Shown here: piece after piece, positions 1 to 10,830 of the stretch | Layout: each line of letters opens with the position of its first letter | Numbering within the stretch: position 1 is the stretch's first letter | Assembly: GCF_004010195.1 (NCBI RefSeq) | Contig: NC_057718.1 | Coordinates: forward strand, 49,232,197 to 49,252,196 | Length of the DNA: 20,000 bases | Source: Chiloscyllium plagiosum | Taxonomy: Eukaryota | Direction: 5' to 3' | Notes under the pieces: generated by a model | What the model was told of the DNA's origin: nothing | What the model saw: only the letters and a program-made list of their open reading frames with translations | Databases searched by the model: none | Position numbers and translations under genes: made by a program

Positions 1-22
1 CGAACCACTGAGCCACCGTGCC
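1..22 (-). mobile_element. 5' end (tRNA-derived head) of an HE1-type SINE, cut by the window edge
   Basis: Reverse complement reads GGCACGGTGGCTCAGTGGTT (Pol III A-box), nearly identical to the head of the SINE at 13991-14310. Confidence 0.75.
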
Positions 23-30
23 ACTCCCAA

Positions 31-131
31 TGGGATAGGGTAGGGGAGTGGATCTGGGAGGATGTTGTTCAGGGGTTGGTGCAGACTTGATGGGTTGAAT
101 GGCCTGTTTCCACACTGCAGAGGTTCTATGA
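31..131 (+). mobile_element. 3' tail of an HE1-type SINE / CR1-derived tail
   Basis: ggttggtgcagacttgatgggttgaatggcctgtttccacactg...ttctatga is homologous (inverted) to the SINE tail at 13991-14060. Confidence 0.75.
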
Positions 132-139
132 AAATATTA

Positions 140-252
140 GAACTATCTCTCTAGTAGCATTGTGGATGTAAAAACATTTAATAAACTGTAGCAATTTATG
201 GAGGTAGCTTCTTTCTCCTGCAACCAGCAGTGTCCATATGCCCTGAATGAAT
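140..252 (+). mobile_element. Degenerate LINE 3' end
   Basis: Resembles 11665-11792 and a 3' terminus I recall from shark LINEs; heavily diverged. Confidence 0.35.
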
Positions 253-1665
253 CAAAACAAAGTTCAAAGTTGAAAGTCAAGTTCAATTGCAAAGTACAAA
301 AACCCAAAATATGATTCTTTTTATGAATAATACCTGAACTGAATTTTATTCCATTTCAAAACAGAAGAGTAAAGCACTGTCTATGTTGACATTATGCAAC
401 CTGAAATGATTGAAACTAAGTTTAGTCATGACATTGAAAATGTCCTGAATTTGCCTGTTTTAGAGAACTAGATCTCTCTAATAATTATAGAATCATGAAA
501 TTCATCTCACCATATCTATGTCAACCAACAAACACCCCCCAGCCGACACTAATCACTTCCAGATTGTCTATTTCTTTCATTCTTACTTGGACGGGAGGCA
601 ACAATTTGATTTCTGACACTTTTCCAGTGCTCTGCCTGCAGATCAGGTACTGCAGCCACCACACAAACTAGTTCCTGCCTGTCTGGCTGATGGGAGTGAT
701 ACTTGAAAGCTACTTCCTGCTGGGTTCATATGATTGGCATCATCCCAAAAGAACAGGCATGATTGTTCACTGAAATAACTACCATTAATTCTACTTCAAG
801 CAGATTTTGGGAAGGAATCTTCCCCAGATTTTTGATTAAGTCTAATTTGCATTCCCAAAATGGAAGATTTGGATGTGAATGCCACCAAAATCCTTGAATA
901 TATTGACAAGAATCTTGCAATATGATTATCATGTTGTGCCAACTGTTGTACCTCAGTGGAAATTCAGGAGCAATAAATGCAGAGAATTGTTCTGTCAGTG
1001 GTCTGTATTGGGAATTCAGACACTTGATTGAATTCTTTGCAATTGCAATGACCAAAACTCTGAGTGGATTGGACAATTTTGTAAAGGTAATTCTACTGTG
1101 AAAATGCATTGCATACCTTAAGATGGCCTGACAGAAAATTCTGAAATTTAACAGCTCACTCAAAATAATTAATTTAAAACTTCTAGTCAGTTTTATTTTA
1201 TCCACGGCCTTTCAATTTTAATCTTCAGCCACATCCTGAGTGATTAGAAAATAATATTCAATCAGCTATAGCATCGTCTAAGGCTTATGCCTGTAAAACA
1301 ACAATCTTGCTGTGAACCAGTTAATTATTTCCACCAGGATACATGGGGAGCAAGTCAGTGCTTACACAAATGTTTCTGTAAATGAGTACTGCCATTAATA
1401 ATGTCTGCTTACTGAAAAACTGCTTAAACATCTCTATTGCCTCAAACAGTACAATAGATCATTGCACCATACAATACCTTCAGACTGGGAGAAGATCCAT
1501 GGTTTAGCTGTCCTTTTCTAGGGATAGGATCCTGCAGATGCATCTGACAAAATAGTACAGCACATCTGTAAGCTGACAATCGTGCTGAGGTGCAATCAGC
1601 AATGTTTTGATTCAACATTCTGTTGAATATAATGTTAGCTAAACACAGAAGTGTTCTGATTTCAG

Positions 1666-1731
1666 ATAAAAAATGTTACTGTTCTGCAAGCCCTTGGTGC
1701 TACAAGTGAAGGAACCTCACTGCAATACAGG
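1666..1731 (+). CDS. Candidate internal coding exon of an unidentified host gene (IKNVTVLQALGATSEGTSLQYR)
   Basis: ctgatttcag acceptor and a consensus AGG|gtaagt donor; 66 nt, symmetric phase 0, only one frame open; peptide not recognised. Confidence 0.4.
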
Positions 1732-1989
1732 GTAAGTTTATCTCAATCTTTCTAATGGGTTAGTACAGTTAGTTCGTCTTCTGGTTAGTATGGGCTGTTC
1801 AGATATTAGGTTATGGGGGGGCTGTTTGTTAGAAAGTCATAACTGTAATTTTTAGATTTAAATTTAATTAAAATTTAACTTGTAATCTAACAGCCAAGAG
1901 AAGGTTAGTCATGTCACTTGGTGGGGTTTTGTGTTCTGTCTGCGAGATGTGGTCAATGAGAGCATCCCTGATAATTATATCCAAAAGAA

Positions 1990-2560
1990 GTCTCTGCTGA
2001 CCTCCTGTAAATATGGCAACTGCTGACCTGGCCCTCTCTGCTGAGAAAGACCAAGCAGCCATCACCAGTTCAAAGCAAGGCAACAGTGAGTTTTCTTTCG
2101 GGGATTAACTTGTCCTCAACGTGTTTATAAAATCTCCGAATCCATCCTCCCAGCTTCAACTTCCCTTCTCAGTGATCTTTCAGTAACTCAGTGTGACGAT
2201 GTCTAGGCCTGGCATGGCCTCAGTGTGGACTTCCGGTCTTGAGGTGAGTCCTCAAAGTGCGCTCCCAGCATGGCTAAGCGCTTATGAAAGATTGTAATGT
2301 TTGAACTTTAAGCTTTGTTTCTTTATTCTTCTACTTAAAACTAAAAAGCTCTGTAATGTGTAACTTTAACCTTTTCTCCTATGTTTTACGCAATACTATC
2401 ATTACTGCAAATGTTTAACTTTCAAATTTGTTCTTTCTTTCAAACTTGTTCTTAAGGATCTGTACCTAGGTACTTGTACCGAAGATGGCACTATGTGTGG
2501 CGACATTATACACATTTCACTGGACTCCTGTACTTTTGTACTTGAGTACATGTGACAATA
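1990..2560 (+). mobile_element. Interspersed non-LTR-type repeat whose 3' terminus is split by the CR1 insertion
   Basis: Ends in ...gagtacatgtgacaata and resumes after the CR1 as (caata)aaatcaaaatctaaa at about 3391-3410, a typical AATAAA plus short-repeat tail; 5' boundary uncertain. Confidence 0.45.
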
Positions 2561-3394
2561 GAGTCATAGAGTCATAGAGATGTACAGCACAGAAGCAGAC
2601 CCTTCGGTCCAACCCGTCCGTGCCGACCAGATAGCCCAACCCAATCTAGTCCCACCTGCCAGCACCTGGCCCATATCCCTCCAAACCCTTCCTATTCATA
2701 TACCCATCCAGTTGCCTTTTAAATGTTGCAATTGTACCAGCCTCCAACCCTTCCTCTGGCAGCCCATTCCACACACACACCATCCTCTGCATTAAAAGGT
2801 TGCCCCTTAGGTCTCTTTTATATCTTTGCTCTCTCTCACCCTAAACCTATGCCCTCTAGTTCTGGACTCCCCCACCCCAGGGAAAAGACCTTGTCAATTT
2901 TCCTTATCTATGCCCCTCATGATTTTATAAACCTTTATAAGGTCACCCCCTCAGCCTCCGACACTCCAGGGAAAACAGCCCTAGCGTATTCAATCTCTCC
3001 CTATAGCTCAAATCCTTCAACTCTGGCAACATTCTTGTAAATCTTTTCTGAATCCTTTCAAGTTTCACAATATCCCTCCGATAAGAAGGAGACCAGAATT
3101 GCACGCAATATTCTAAAAGTAGCCTAACCAATGTCCTGTACAGCCACAACATGACCTCCCAATTCCTGTACTCAAGCATAGCATAACAAACGCCTTCTTC
3201 ACTTTGTTCAGCAACACTCCCTAGGACCTTACTATTAAGTGTATAAGTCCCACTAAGTTTGCTTTCCCAAAATGCAGCACCTCGCATTTATCTAAATTAA
3301 ACTCCATCTGCCACTTCTTAGCCCACTGGCTCATCTGATCAAGATCCTGTTGCAATCTGAGGTAACTTTCTGTGCTGTTGACTAAACCTCCAAT
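2561..3394 (-). mobile_element. 5'-truncated CR1 LINE (ORF2 C-terminus, 3'UTR and tandem tail)
   Basis: ORF 2943-3287 contains LYRTLVRLLLEYCVQFWSP..DIVKLERIQKRFTRMLPEL..LSYRERL..LGLFSLE.RRLRG, the diagnostic CR1 ORF2 C-terminus; (atagagtc)n tail at about 2558-2580. Confidence 0.95.
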
Positions 3395-3522
3395 AAAATC
3401 AAAATCTAAATTTGAAAAATGTGTACCCAGCTTCAGCTGCTCACTGAATGAATGGATCAGCTTGAGTCACAGATGACAAAACTAAGGTGCGCATAAATGG
3501 TGGGCAGAATCATAGATAGAAG

Positions 3523-4898
3523 TTATGTGGTCACCCCCAAGGTACAGGAAGATGGATGAATGACTGCTGGACAGGGCAGGCAGTCAATACAGGAGTCCCC
3601 TGCAGCTGTCCCCCTGTCAAACGGGTCTTCCATTTGGGATACCGATGAGGGGGTTGGCCCATCAGGTGACAGCAGCAATAGCAGCCAGAGCAGTGGCACC
3701 ATGGCTGGCTCTGCTGTACAGAATGAAGGGTCAAAGTTTAGTAGAGCAACAGTAATTGGAGATTTGATAGTCAGGAGTGCAGATAGGTGCTTCTGTGGCT
3801 GGGAGAGAGACACCAGGATGGAATGATACCTCCCTGGTGTCAGGGTCATGGATGTCTCTGAGTGGGTAAAAAGCATCCTGAAACGGGAGGGTGAACAGAC
3901 AGAAGTCATTGCCCATATTGACACAAATGGCATAGCTTGAACCAGTGACACGGTCCTGCAACGACAATTCAGGGGGCTAAGTTGTAAACTAAAAAATAGG
4001 ACCTCTTGGGTAGTAATCCCAGGATTATTCCCTGTGCCATTACTGAGGCTAGGAATAGAGACAAAGTACAACTGAACACGTGACTGAAGAGCTAGTGTAG
4101 GGGGAGGCCCTAAGCTATGTGGATCACTGAGATGGTGGGATGTGAACAAGAAGGACTGGTTGCTCCTAAACTGGAGGAGCATGGATATCCTGTCAGGGAG
4201 GTTTGATACTGCCATTCAGGAGGGTTTAAACTGGTCTTGCCGGGGGGGGGGTGGGAACCGGAGCAGCAGATCAATAAGTATAGAGACTGCGGAAGAGTGT
4301 AAGGCAAATAAAGCTAAGAGGAAGAGCAGTCAGGGAGAGGTTGCTGAGCTCAGTGGAACTGGAGGCTTGGACTATATTTGCTTCAATGCAAGAGGTATAA
4401 CAGGTAAAACAGATGAACTTAAAGCCTGGATTTATGCATGCAATTGTAATGTTGTTGCTGTTACACTGACATGGTTGAAAGAGGGACAGGATTAGCAGCT
4501 TAATGTTCCAGTATATCATGTTTTAGATGAGATAGAGAAGGAAGCAAAAGCGGGGAGTTGCATTACTTGTTAGGAAGCTGTGTTGAGGAAGGACACCCTG
4601 GGGGGATATCTTGTAGCAAGACATTATGGGTTGAGCTCAGGAATAGAATGTGAGCAATCACAATACTGGGATTGTACTACAGACCTCCCAGCTGCCAGGA
4701 GGAGATACAGGAAGAGATGTATACAGTAGTTAGATTCTGCAAAGATCTGAAAATTACAGGATTATTGAGGGAGTTGATTTTAACCTGTCCCATATTGACT
4801 GGAACTCCCTTAGTGCTGAGGTTTAGGTGAGGAGCAATTTGTTAGGTGTGTCCAGGAGGGTGTTTTGAAACAGTATGTGAATAGTCTAATGAGGGAAG
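3523..4898 (+). mobile_element. Decayed CR1 LINE 5' half: ORF1 SGNH esterase domain and N-terminal APE endonuclease of ORF2
   Basis: VIGDLIVRSADRCFCG.ERDTRM..LPGVRV.DVSE (GDS esterase block) then ICFNARGITGKTDELKAWI....VVAVTLTWLKEGQD (APE block); several stops and frameshifts; truncated by the PLE at 4900. Confidence 0.92.
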
Positions 4899-4899
4899 G

Positions 4900-5800
4900 G
4901 TCAAGATTAGAGTGGTGCTGGAAATGCACAGCACATCATGCAGCATCCGAGGAGCAGGAAAATTTACGTTTCAGGCAGGAGCCCTTCATCAGGAGTGAGG
5001 CTGGAAGCCTTGGGGGTGGAGAGATAAATGGGAGAGTGTGGGGCTTGGGAGAAGGTAGCTGGGAGTGCAATAGGTGGATGAAGGAGGGAGTAAAGGTGAT
5101 ATGTCAGAGAGCAGGGTGGAGCAGAAGGTAGATTGACAGGTGGGACATGTCATGAGGATGGTGCTGAGCTGGAAGTTTGGAATTGGGGTAAGGTGGGGGG
5201 AGGGGAAATGAGGAAACTGGTGAAGTCCACATTGATGGGGTTGAAGGGTTCCAAGGCGGAAGATGAGGCGTTCTTCCTGCAGGTGTCAGGTGGTGAGGGA
5301 GTGGCAGTGGAGGATGCCCAGGACCTGCATATCCTCGGCAGACTGGGAGGGGGATTTGAAATGTTTGGCCGCGAGGCGGTGGGGTTATTTGGTGTGGGTA
5401 TCACGGAGATGTTCCCTGAAGTGCTCTGCGAGAAGGCGCCCAGTCTCCCCAATGTAGAGGAAACCGCATCGGGAGCAATGGATACAATAAGTGACATTTG
5501 TGGAAGTGCAGGTGAAATCTCAATGGATGTGGAAGGCTCCTTTGAGGCCTTAGATGGAGGTGAGGCGGTGGGGAGGTGTGGGTGCAGGTTTTGCAATTCC
5601 TGCGGTGGCAGGGGAAGGTGCCAGGAGGGGATGGTGCGTTGTTGGGGGGCGTGGACCTGACCAGGTAGTCAAGGAGAGAACGGTCTTTGCCGAAAGCGGA
5701 TAGAGGTGGGGAGAGAAATGTGTCCCTGATGGTGGGGTCCATTTGTAGGTGGCGGAAATATTGGCAGATAATGCGGTTTATGCGGAGGTTGGTGGGGTGG
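4900..5800 (-). mobile_element. Penelope-like element 3' part (GIY-YIG endonuclease remnant and pseudo-LTR), family A
   Basis: Minus-strand PGTFPCHRRNCKTC followed after a frameshift by DFTCTSTNVTYCIHCSRCGFLYIGETGRLLAE; terminal segment 4900-4995 is homologous to 12965-13058. Confidence 0.9.
4965..4992 (-). ncRNA. Minimal hammerhead-ribozyme-like motif in the PLE pseudo-LTR
   Basis: Minus strand CUGAUGA-A-GGGC-UCCU-GCCU-GAAAC-GUA: both conserved core boxes, a short stem II and a palindromic ACGU stem III. Confidence 0.6.
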
Positions 5801-5867
5801 TCTCCCTGACTGCTCTTCCTCTTAGCTTTATTTGCCTTACACTCTTCCGCAGTCTCTATACTTATTG
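5801..5867 (-). repeat. Perfect 67-bp inverted copy of 4272-4338
   Basis: Base-by-base reverse complement identity with caataagtatagagactgcgg...gagcagtcagggaga in the upstream CR1. Confidence 0.97.
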
Positions 5868-6070
5868 GTGAGGAGACTCTGCAAATGACTCCACCCTCAT
5901 TCCCCCTACCACCATGCCGACTCCAGTTATAGTCTCCACCCCCACTCTCAGCTCCAGCCCTATACCAGGTCGTAGCTCCAAACCCTGCTGAGTTTTCAAT
6001 ATACCCCCAGACCCCCTCCTCACTGAGAATGAACGATCAGTCCTCAGCAAAGGCCTTACCTCCACTACCA
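5868..6070 (+). mobile_element. Penelope-like element N-terminal fragment, inverted relative to 4900-5800
   Basis: Translates as ..VFNIPPDPLLTENERSVLSKGLT, the 'E..VLSKGL.F' motif that lies upstream of the RT in PLEs. Confidence 0.7.
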
Positions 6071-6561
6071 GGCCGACGTTTCGCAAATCGGTTGTCCCTG
6101 TGTTCCGCGAGTGTTTGGGTCTTTTCAGAGGTGAATTCATCCACAATCTCCATCCATTTTAAGCATTGCCATCAACTGAGGATGATTAAAACGGTGAACT
6201 AAAAGCTGTAATATTTGAATAAAGTCCTATTGGACTTCCATTTTGAGGTATAATTTGAATGAAACCAATGTGTGACATTTGTCACTCTTATTGGCTTTTC
6301 CTTCTGCGAATCACCCTCAACATCCCTCTTCAACATCCCATCATCCCCTCTGTCCTCTTGATGCCCCTCTCAGTTTTCCCATTGCCTTCTGTGTCCTCCA
6401 TTCCCATTCACTCACTACCCACTAGGCACAGGACTCATGAGCAATATAAATAACACTGGCAAGTATTTTAAATGGTTATAATATTTAAATAAAAATAAGG
6501 CATTCAGCAGACTCTTTGAAAAAGAAACACTCTCTACAATCTCAAAACTTAATCAAACAGA

Positions 6562-6643
6562 TCCTGATGAAGGCCTTCTCCTCGAAACGTTGACCGTCCT
6601 GCTTTGACTCTGATCTCCAGCATCTGCAGTCCTTACTTTCTCC
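6562..6643 (+). mobile_element. Solo PLE pseudo-LTR fragment with a hammerhead-like motif (6564-6591)
   Basis: cctgatgaaggccttctcctcgaaacgttgac...ctgatctccagcatctgcagtccttactttctcc; related to the reverse complement of 4960-4995 and 13020-13056. Confidence 0.7.
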
Positions 6644-6809
6644 TAGATTCAGTGAAAGCTCCATTGAAGGAATAAATAACACACAAGCATTGAAAACACG
6701 ATTCAAAGAAAGATCAAATTAATAAAACTATTTATTATACAAAACTGATGATCATCTATGTTACAGTGTATACAATCCTCTTCTCTCCAACTCCTCCCCA
6801 GCCCTGCAC

Positions 6810-7020
6810 CACCCACTGTCACACAACTCACACACACACACTCACAGAGACAGATACACACACAGACACACATACGCGCTCCTACTGACCCATACACTCA
6901 TGCAGACCCCCTCGCATACACAAGCCCTCTCTCATACATTCATACATACACTCCCACACTCACATACACCGTCTCATGGACTTATACCCCCTTACACACG
7001 CTTGCGCACACACACACACT
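6810..7020 (+). mobile_element. CA-rich internal segment of PLE family B
   Basis: Inverted homolog of 15530-15730; both translate to PTDPYTHADPL.YTSPLSY.HTY; embedded (CA)n tracts. Confidence 0.8.
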
Positions 7021-7361
7021 CCATCTGATCAATCTGGCAACTCGTTAGTTCTGTTCCATGTCTGAGATTTGAAATTATCACTGAACTTTAAGCTACTGAA
7101 ATTCTCAAATCAACGGTCTCAAGTGACTCATTTAACACACTTTCTCAACACTGATAGATGCATGAGAGGACTTTATCCATTGGAAAAGACACACATACTG
7201 GTAAAACTTTTCACAATGTTGGTCAATTTAATGGTCAACTTTTTAAGGTCAGAAATCTATAACAGTCATTACATTGAAAGCATAATACAATCTTCATGCA
7301 CAGTTAAATTGCAACATGTAAAGTTGGCAACTTACCTGTCTATACTTTTCTGACTCTTCAG

Positions 7362-7465
7362 CGGGTCGTCCACTAACTTATACGACCTGCATCCCACAGA
7401 CTTTAGTTACCTACGTACCCCAACAAAAATCGGGGAAAATTGGATTTGCAGCAGAATTTAAATAG
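7362..7465 (+). other. Candidate alternative (terminal) exon of the host gene
   Basis: tatacttttctgactcttcag acceptor; locally CpG-retaining non-repeat sequence; frames GSSTNLYDLHPTDFSYLRTPTKIGENWICSRI* or GRPLTYTTCIPQTLVTYVPQQKSGKIGFAAEFK*; true frame unknown. Confidence 0.3.
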
Positions 7466-8689
7466 TGACTGCCCAGTTACTTTAGGATGAATGTCACATC
7501 ATAGCCCTTCCCAGTTTTTCGCTCACCTACAGGAAAAGTTGGCTCTGCTGCGAATTGGCAGAAAAGTTAAAAATTGCAGCCACACACATCTGTACATGTT
7601 CAGAGTCAAGAGGGGAAGTTTCAGCTCCTTATAGGTTGGAACTAATGAAGTCTAGTATTGGAGTTTGTCAAAGATTTCTCTCACATTTGGATGAATTGGA
7701 ATGTAGGATTTGCCAGTAAAATGCTTACAGATATTTCACACTGTCACTCTGAAAATGCATAGAGAGTAAAGATATTTTGGTAGTTTTAAACACCCGCACA
7801 AAACACTCACATTCCTTAATGTAAAAGCATGTACATGTGTGAGCCAGATAGACCTCTTTGTTCAACCCAAGTGTTCTCATCAGAATTTAGTATAACTTAC
7901 AGCTTTATAAAATGTGTAACAGATTCCGTTTATTATTTAAGAGTGCTATCAGACTTTCAGAGTTTACTTCAAAGAATTTGGATTTAAAAATAAATGCAGA
8001 AAACTTCAAGGGGAATTTATGCAGTCATTTAACAAATAAAGACTTATTTCGTTTATCTTGAATAAACTAAGGACTTATTCTGTTATGAAGGTAAAATATC
8101 ACCTACCAAAAAACTAACATCTCATTTTAAATACATTGAAATGGATGATTAAAGTTTTAAAAAATGATATGGGATGGGGGAGGGCTGTTGTGTACGAAAT
8201 ATTTAAAAGCATTTTTACTAGATGACCATGTTCTTACTTACTGTACTTATGGCCAGCTGTGATAAACCATGTTATTTTCACTAAATTCCCATGATACCTG
8301 AACTTTCTGATATCATGCTGACTTGAAGACATTAAAATAATGTTCTGGGACTCTGCGTACAGTGACATGCTGTGCTTTTAGATTTAATTAATTAATTATT
8401 ATGCAGACTTGAAAATTACTTAATGTTTGTTAAAGTAGTTTTATTTATCTTTCAAATACACATTATTCTTCTCGTTCAGACAGCCTTGCAAAATTTGTAT
8501 TATATCTTTTAGACTTTAAAAAATATTTTCAAATGAACAAGACAGGAAAATGTCACTTAATCTGGAGAAAATCACTTTCTTGAGCACTATCATTCTTAAA
8601 TTGAGTGCTGGATTGGTTAATATTTCTTTCAACTAAAGACCACCATTTTGAGCTTTTGTCAGCTCTTATGGGCTCTGGTCCTGACTGTA

Positions 8690-9500
8690 TCATCTTCACC
8701 AATGAGGCTAACTATTATTGTGAGGTCTGCAAAATATTTTCAGGCCTCATGGTTATCCTTTACGTTACTATCTACTTCGTCAGTGAGACCACATTATTGC
8801 AGTTCCAAAACATTGCATTTGTGTGCCCTGTTACTCCTGAGATCCTAATTCATAATTTGATCAGTTTGAGGTCGATTCCTCCACTGCAGCTCTTATTGCC
8901 TCCACTATTCCTACTGTCTACAAATTCTAGATAATACCAAATTCTGGAACCTAACTCTGTTCCTGCTTGAACACTCACCGGTCCAACATCCCTGTTCCTG
9001 CTAAAGTCTGCTGAAACCTTGTGCCTGCGCAAATGAATTTTGAAATCTTTATGCTTACCTTCAAGTGCCTCCATTAAACTTTTTGGTGATCTCATAATCA
9101 AAATCTGGGCTGCTATCAATATGTAGGAAGTAGGTTCAATTGAAGGATTTGTGACGGAATTGTATTTATGGCTAAAAAGGAAGAATGTGCAGGATTATAG
9201 GGAGAAGATGGAACAATGGTATTAGGGGAATTGCACATACAGAGTGCTGGTGCAGACATGATGGGTCAGATGGCTTCCTTCAGTGCTGAGATGGACCTGT
9301 AAATGTTCTGAATTACCTCACTCCCGAGTGAACAATGGCAACCATACCTTCCTCTCCATGCTCCCTTTGCATTCATGCTCAATTATCATTTGCTTCCAAT
9401 TTGTAAAGCTACAGGGCAATCTTTGAATCTTTTGAAATTTCTTCATTATAATTCTCTCTGATAGTGTCTTCAGTGCCTTTAAAAGCTTTCTAAAAGTCCT
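8690..9500 (+). mobile_element. Ancient L2-type LINE 3' fragment, interrupted by a CR1 tail
   Basis: Degenerate translations ETTLLQFQNIAF..PEILIHNLIS and MNFEIFMLTFKCLH resemble the L2 ORF2 C-terminus (AYFHLRNIA..AETLIHAFVTSR; IDFKILLLTFKALH); remnant resumes at about 9330-9500. Confidence 0.55.
9120..9300 (+). mobile_element. CR1 3'UTR fragment
   Basis: ggattatagggagaag...ggtgcagacatgatgggtcagatggcttccttcagtgctg, typical CR1 3' terminal stem region. Confidence 0.7.
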
Positions 9501-10716
9501 TCAAGTTAATGGGCCCAGCAAGCAACTCTCCACAGTGACGTTTGCTCCTGTTCCCTTTTGTCCTTTCCACCTCCTTAAGTGTTGGGATACTTCATTTAAA
9601 TCAAAGTTCCATTTTATTTTGTTTTTAGTTAGTTTTTCTCTGGAAATATTCTTGTTTAAATAGTGTAAACTTAACTTAAGTACATTTATGAGCTCAATTT
9701 GGTGAGGAGTGTATGATTTTAAAAGCATTTTCCTTACATTGTGTTAACATAAAGTCCAATTACCTCATGGATATCTCAACACTGTGTAAAGATAGAACAG
9801 CTGGGATAATAAAAATACTAATCCAGTCTGAATTGAAATAATACAGTCAATGAACTAAAAATGCCTCCTTTATATCTTTAGTTTGTTTGAGCTATAAATT
9901 CAAGTTAACCACAAACAATTACAACCTCTTTATGGTTTACTATAATATGAGTTAATTATCGACATGCACACTTATAATTATTATATTAACAATAAGAAGA
10001 TGAAATACTAAATTGAGAGTTTGTCCAGCCCAAAGAAGGCATGTGCACTTTTGATGGCTAAGCACTTGCATAAAGTCAGTTAATTTAAGTAATTGCATGA
10101 CATTCCTAACAAATATTCAATGGAAACACAACGAGGTTTGGGGAATCGGTGATTTAAGAAATTCTTGAAATGTTGTTGGCCACCAATTTAAGTTACGTTT
10201 GTATTATCTTTGAAGAAAATTGTCTGAGTGTTGCCAAGCACTCAGAGATTGGATGCCCTGATGCAGGTGGTTCTGAAATGTAAAATAACATCACTTCAAG
10301 ACGAGGTCCACACAGTTAGAAAGAGTACCATTTACTGTTCATCATGTGGCTTTGCCCTGACTGATATAATCTAGCATGATATTTTTGCACATTGTGCTAA
10401 CGATGCTTTGGGACTGCTTTTACATTTACAGCGCTCATGAGATGGCTACCATGACACCTTTAGCCCTATTATTCCGATGTTTAACTATGACCAATCACAT
10501 GTACTGATTGTTGCACTCTAGAAGTTCCTAAATCTCACTCCACATTTTATATATTTTCACACACTATCAGAGTGATAAATAAGATTCCAATTTTGTCACT
10601 AACTGCTTGATTTTAGCAAACTTTAATTTTACAAAATGTGGTTAGAATTTATGTGGATAATTGTATCGTAAAATAGGTCTTTCACTGTGATGCTAATTTC
10701 CTTCTTAAAGGACTGA

Positions 10717-10830
10717 GAACAAAATGCTGGTGATCACAACAGGTCAGGCAGCATCCATGCAGAGAGAGCAAGCTAACATTTCAAATTTAGATGACTCTTC
10801 ATCAGAGCTCTTGTGAAGTGTGAAGAGGGC
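10717..10830 (-). mobile_element. Degenerate solo PLE pseudo-LTR
   Basis: aaatgctgg..cacaacaggtcaggcagcatcc..aacatttc..cttcatcag, similar to 12965-13058 and 4900-4995. Confidence 0.65.

Noticed and set aside
998..1086. Possible exon ending AAG|gtaatt (GLYWEFRHLIEFFAIAMTKTLSGLDNFVK)
   Set aside because: Weak acceptor and unrecognised peptide; insufficient support
726..1205. 159-aa minus-strand ORF
   Set aside because: Non-ATG start, no recognisable domain, AT-rich, no supporting splice structure; probably chance
3523..4215. 230-aa minus-strand ORF
   Set aside because: Antisense shadow of CR1 ORF1
5133..5660. 175-aa and 148-aa overlapping ORFs
   Set aside because: Alternative or antisense frames of the Penelope GIY-YIG region
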